From Phoronis australis (taxonomy: Eukaryota; Animalia; Phoronida): DNA of 64,000 bases. The position numbers and the translations under genes were made by a program. Of this stretch, positions 60,801-64,000 are shown piece by piece. The notes below the pieces were generated by a model. It made no database searches, was not told where the DNA came from, and worked only from the letters and a program-made list of their open reading frames with translations. The number at the start of each line of letters is the position of its first letter. The first letter of the stretch is position 1. The stretch is from NCBI GenBank assembly GCA_002633005.1, contig NMRA01000647.1, positions 23,711-87,710 of the forward strand, written 5' to 3'.

Positions 60801-62913
60801 CAGCCTACACAGATGGTAGTCATCCAACAGGGCCGCCAGCCTGCATAGATGGTTATCATCCAACAGGGCTGTCATGTGTTGGAAGATTTTTGGCAAATTA
60901 TGAATCACAGACTAAACCATCAAACTCACGATGCCTTTTAAGCACAGAGGAGCATCTCACCAATGTTATTTTGTCCAAGCACGATGAAGATATGCAGCCC
61001 TGGCACCCAAATTTCAAGCACTAAGTGAACTTTGGCAAATCACCAGTGTGAAACGTTAAAGAATTCTTTACTCCAAAGGTAATTTAGGTTGACCTCGATG
61101 TGATTCAAAAATTTGAATGCAATCAAAAAAAAAAGACTTGACAGTTCCCGATTTTGGTAGCCGAACAAAGGACTATTCAGAAAGAAATGTTGATTTGTTC
61201 CAGTTTGAAGGATTCAAAGACACCATCTACCTCCAAGTGTGTCCATCTGTACTTGAAAGGTACATAGTAATTTAACTTTAACTTTAGCCATGGTTAAGCA
61301 TAATTTGCAGATAATCTTCCGGCGCACAGGTTACATTCGGGTCTGCCGTCTACCAAGCCCATTATTTATCAGCAGCACACAGGTCTTGTGTCTATCAGCT
61401 TTTTAAATATCCGCACCAGACACGTCACTAGTCTACCGACCATTTCATTTTTACCTGCTGACACATCGTGAGGGCATATACCATTAACCAGTTCAACTTT
61501 ACAAGAAATATCACGTGTTCACTCACTGTTCCTCTTTGGAGGGCATCCTTCACATCCGATATACTGTTGACGGGCACCCAGCACTCACCGACCAGACATT
61601 TCTGGGTCACGTCCACGTTGAACATGTTCAGATGGTGGTAGATCCCTTTGATTTTTTGCACCTTGATAAAGTGCTTTCGGATGTCACCAGCGATCTGGTG
61701 CAACATCCTGGCCTTGTGATCCTCCGCCTTATCTAGCACCTACAGAGATTAGTGCAGCTGTACTCGTCACTGTGAGCACTGAAGGGGTAATTCAAGTTTG
61801 AGTGCTGCTTTCAATGAAAACGTCAAATATAATCATATTTTCTGGTATTTTTTTAGCTTAACTCCAATTAGTTTTCACAATGAACATTTAAAAATAAAAA
61901 TAAAGAAAGCTAATGCTTGGATTACCCACAGGGCTTGGAATGACCAATGACGAAAAACGCGGAAATTTTTGCGGCCCAAAACATGCGCGCTTCCCAGCCT
62001 TGAAATAGTTGATGTGGACCTTTTGCCGACAAAAATTGGGAGGATTAAAAAAAAAATGGTACCACCTCCAGAAGCGTGCGTCTGCGTCTTATTAGCTCGT
62101 CCGTCCCCACAACCATGCTCACCATTGTCCTCCACAGTCATACAGCAACAAGACAGTGAGCTGTAAATGACCCGGCATATGCCAGTACAATGTTCCTGCA
62201 TTCAACTCAACAACAAAAGCAATGACCAATATAGGCTTTGTGTCAATCAGTCATCAGGTTTGTTAAATAGAAGGAAATACAGCAACAAGACATACTAGGC
62301 GTTTTGCCAAGACGGTACCGCTATGTCTGATGGCGCGATTACTGTGAGCAAGGGTAATGGTAAATAACAATGGAATAAGCCCCCAAAAGTATGACAACCA
62401 GAAATTAGCATTCTTTGTCACCGGAATTACATCCCTTCCTCCTTTGTCAAGGGAAAAACCCCTTCTTTAGTTAAGATTACTGGCATTATCAGCCCTGCCA
62501 TACTTGACCATATTTTAAACTGCAACCAAAACAAAATATGAGGTGGGTAAAAGCCCTTGTCACATTATTGTTTTGTAAAACCTTTTCATCAGCATCGATT
62601 TTGAATTTTTTAATCTGTTTATTATACTACCACAAATTGATGCGAATTTACCAATAGTGTCCTCTGATATACGGGAACGGATGAATGAAAAATTTCCCAG
62701 ATGCATCAACCACATGCTCCTACTGTCCAAAAGTAGGCTGATTACTTTTTACATTACTGTAACAGTACCATGAACAATCTAATACATAAGGGAAAAACCC
62801 ATTCCGATGAGGCACTAACCATTTTAAGATCTTCACATCTGGTTGCTATGCCAGCCAACAGCTGAGCTCTCTCCTGGCTGTCCGCTGGACAGGAGTATAG
62901 GGTGGCCTTAAAT
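51775..62913 (-). CDS. ATP6V0A: V-type proton ATPase 116-kDa subunit a (V0 a), 3' 12 exons; 5' end beyond window
   Basis: Exons 62820-62913, 61527-61739, 60019-60309, 59303-59439, 58248-58338, 56811-56929, 55979-56127, 54852-54937, 54360-54467, 53370-53499, 52370-52541, 51775-51871, all phase compatible; [80 protein letters not shown]. Confidence 0.96.
52370..52541 (-). CDS. ATP6V0A: V-ATPase a exon
   Basis: [24 protein letters not shown]. Confidence 0.95.
53370..53499 (-). CDS. ATP6V0A: V-ATPase a exon with the essential Arg
   Basis: [35 protein letters not shown]. Confidence 0.95.
54360..54467 (-). CDS. ATP6V0A: V-ATPase a exon
   Basis: [23 protein letters not shown]. Confidence 0.93.
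54852..54937 (-). CDS. ATP6V0A: V-ATPase a exon
   Basis: LIDMFMF..LYPYQ. Confidence 0.9.
55979..56127 (-). CDS. ATP6V0A: V-ATPase a exon
   Basis: [33 protein letters not shown]. Confidence 0.95.
56811..56929 (-). CDS. ATP6V0A: V-ATPase a exon
   Basis: [35 protein letters not shown]. Confidence 0.95.
57206..57405. repeat. 33-bp minisatellite, ~6 copies
   Basis: tctgagaacacccacataactgctagctactgc. Confidence 0.95.
58248..58338 (-). CDS. ATP6V0A: V-ATPase a exon
   Basis: [23 protein letters not shown]. Confidence 0.9.
58400..58497. repeat. (GAT/GAC)n trinucleotide microsatellite
   Basis: Directly visible. Confidence 0.9.
59303..59439 (-). CDS. ATP6V0A: V-ATPase a exon
   Basis: [33 protein letters not shown]. 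Confidence 0.95.
60019..60309 (-). CDS. ATP6V0A: V-ATPase a exon
   Basis: [45 protein letters not shown]. Confidence 0.95.
60733..60870. repeat. 36-bp minisatellite, ~4 copies
   Basis: agatggtaatcatccaacagggccgccagcctgcac. Confidence 0.9.
61527..61739 (-). CDS. ATP6V0A: V-ATPase a exon
   Basis: [42 protein letters not shown]. Confidence 0.95.
62820..62913 (-). CDS. ATP6V0A: V-ATPase a exon
   Basis: [31 protein letters not shown]. Confidence 0.9.
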
Positions 62914-63499
62914 CTGTGTAAAATCAACTTGAAAATAATAGGAAATAATGTGCAAGAATGACACACTGCAAATTAAAGCAACTCAAAACCAAGGAGTTTG
63001 AGCATGATTACTGATGTGTCTAATATGTTCATGTCAGCTGCTATTCTGTTTCCTTTATTCTTTGTACATAAAAGACCACAGGCCCATAGTACACATCCAA
63101 GTATATGAGACACAAGTATGTATGGAAAAAAGAATACCGGTATATAACAATCACAATACTGAAGCATGTAGACACTAGCTCTCATAAGAAAAACTTTCTC
63201 CATTAACTGTGACAGATTTAACCAAGAAGGTACAACTTGGAAGTTAACATGTAACTAAAAAGGGATGTAGTATCGCATTACGACAATTGTGGAATTAATT
63301 GGGTGCCCAAGTGATCATACAGAAAGCATCTTGTTAAGAACCGAAATTTGTCGTCAATTTCATAGTATATGAATTAAATTTCATGCAATAATTCTCTATC
63401 TACTCTTCATCACACTGATATGAACTTGAAAGATGCACCAGAAACTAACCAGATGGTTATGCTTCAACTCTATAATGAATATCAGGATTGTCTGTCAAT

Positions 63500-63770
63500 T
63501 ATCTAAAGAACCGCTTGGCGGATCATGATGAAATTTGGTATAGAGGTACTTGGTGGGGATGAGCCAGTACCAGTCGATTTTCGGACAGATTTGGTTACTG
63601 TGGTACCCCATGTTAGCCGCTTTTTTGGTTTTCGACAAGCCATGCCTTTTGCATCGAGTATCTCAAAAACTGCTTGATAGATCAAGATGAAATTCGGAAC
63701 TGAGGTATGTGGCAAGAATGATCCGGCACCAGTCAATTTTTGGACGGATTCAACTACAGCACACATCACG
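63500..63770 (-). repeat. Two ~180-bp tandem subunits of a HINE-like repeat
   Basis: gatca.gatgaaatt.gg.a.agaggta..accagtc.atttt.ggac repeated at 63520 and 63680. Confidence 0.6.
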
Positions 63771-63775
63771 AATTT

Positions 63776-63979
63776 TTGGCCGACCGGTCGGAAATTGGTC
63801 GACGGCCGGCCGTCGACCGGTCGGCAAATTTGCCGACCGGTCGGCTAAAAATTAGCCGACCGGCAGCCGCCCGCAGTGCCGACTCATAAGGCGACTCCCC
63901 AGCCGACCCTTCAGCCGACCCTTCAGCCGACCGGCCATCAGCCGACCAACTGGTCGGCTGCTATTTTTAGGCTACAGTA
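63776..63979. repeat. GC-rich palindromic gccgacc array, probable MITE terminus
   Basis: Multiple (g)ccgaccggtcgg palindromes ending tggtcggctgctatttttaggctacagta. Confidence 0.6.
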
Positions 63980-64000
63980 GCAGTTGCGTAATAGGTTGTC

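Noticed and set aside
60720-60908. [12 protein letters not shown] repeat ORF
   Set aside because: 36-bp intronic minisatellite
16374-62913. Functional cluster of ferric reductase and V-ATPase (endosomal iron uptake)
   Set aside because: Adjacency of two genes in an animal genome is not evidence without conserved synteny or co-expression data

Overview
Eukaryotic (AT-rich, intron-rich, probably marine invertebrate) genomic DNA from a draft assembly with single-n gaps. Two host genes can be reconstructed exon by exon on the minus strand: a complete 14-exon ferric-chelate reductase 1-like gene (signal peptide + Reeler + DOMON + cytochrome b561, ~609 aa, 42474->16374, one GC-AG intron) and the 3' 12 exons of a V-ATPase V0 subunit a gene (62913->51775, continuing beyond the window). 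The rest is a transposon graveyard: a decayed, intron-containing DUF6729-type DDE transposase with two further tandem DUF6729 exon copies (1-5300) interrupted by an L1/Tx1 insertion with TSD; a Penelope-like element with an inverted pLTR and a decayed hammerhead motif; an intronic ISL2EU-type DNA transposon (AT TSD, THAP + YqaJ remnants); an L2/Crack-like LINE end; Helentron-associated (HINE-like) repeats; and many MITEs, including a 24-bp TIR-only relic with an 8-bp TSD. Three near-identical tandem duplications flank n gaps and are probably uncollapsed haplotypes. All family assignments are from motif recognition by eye; no database search was run.
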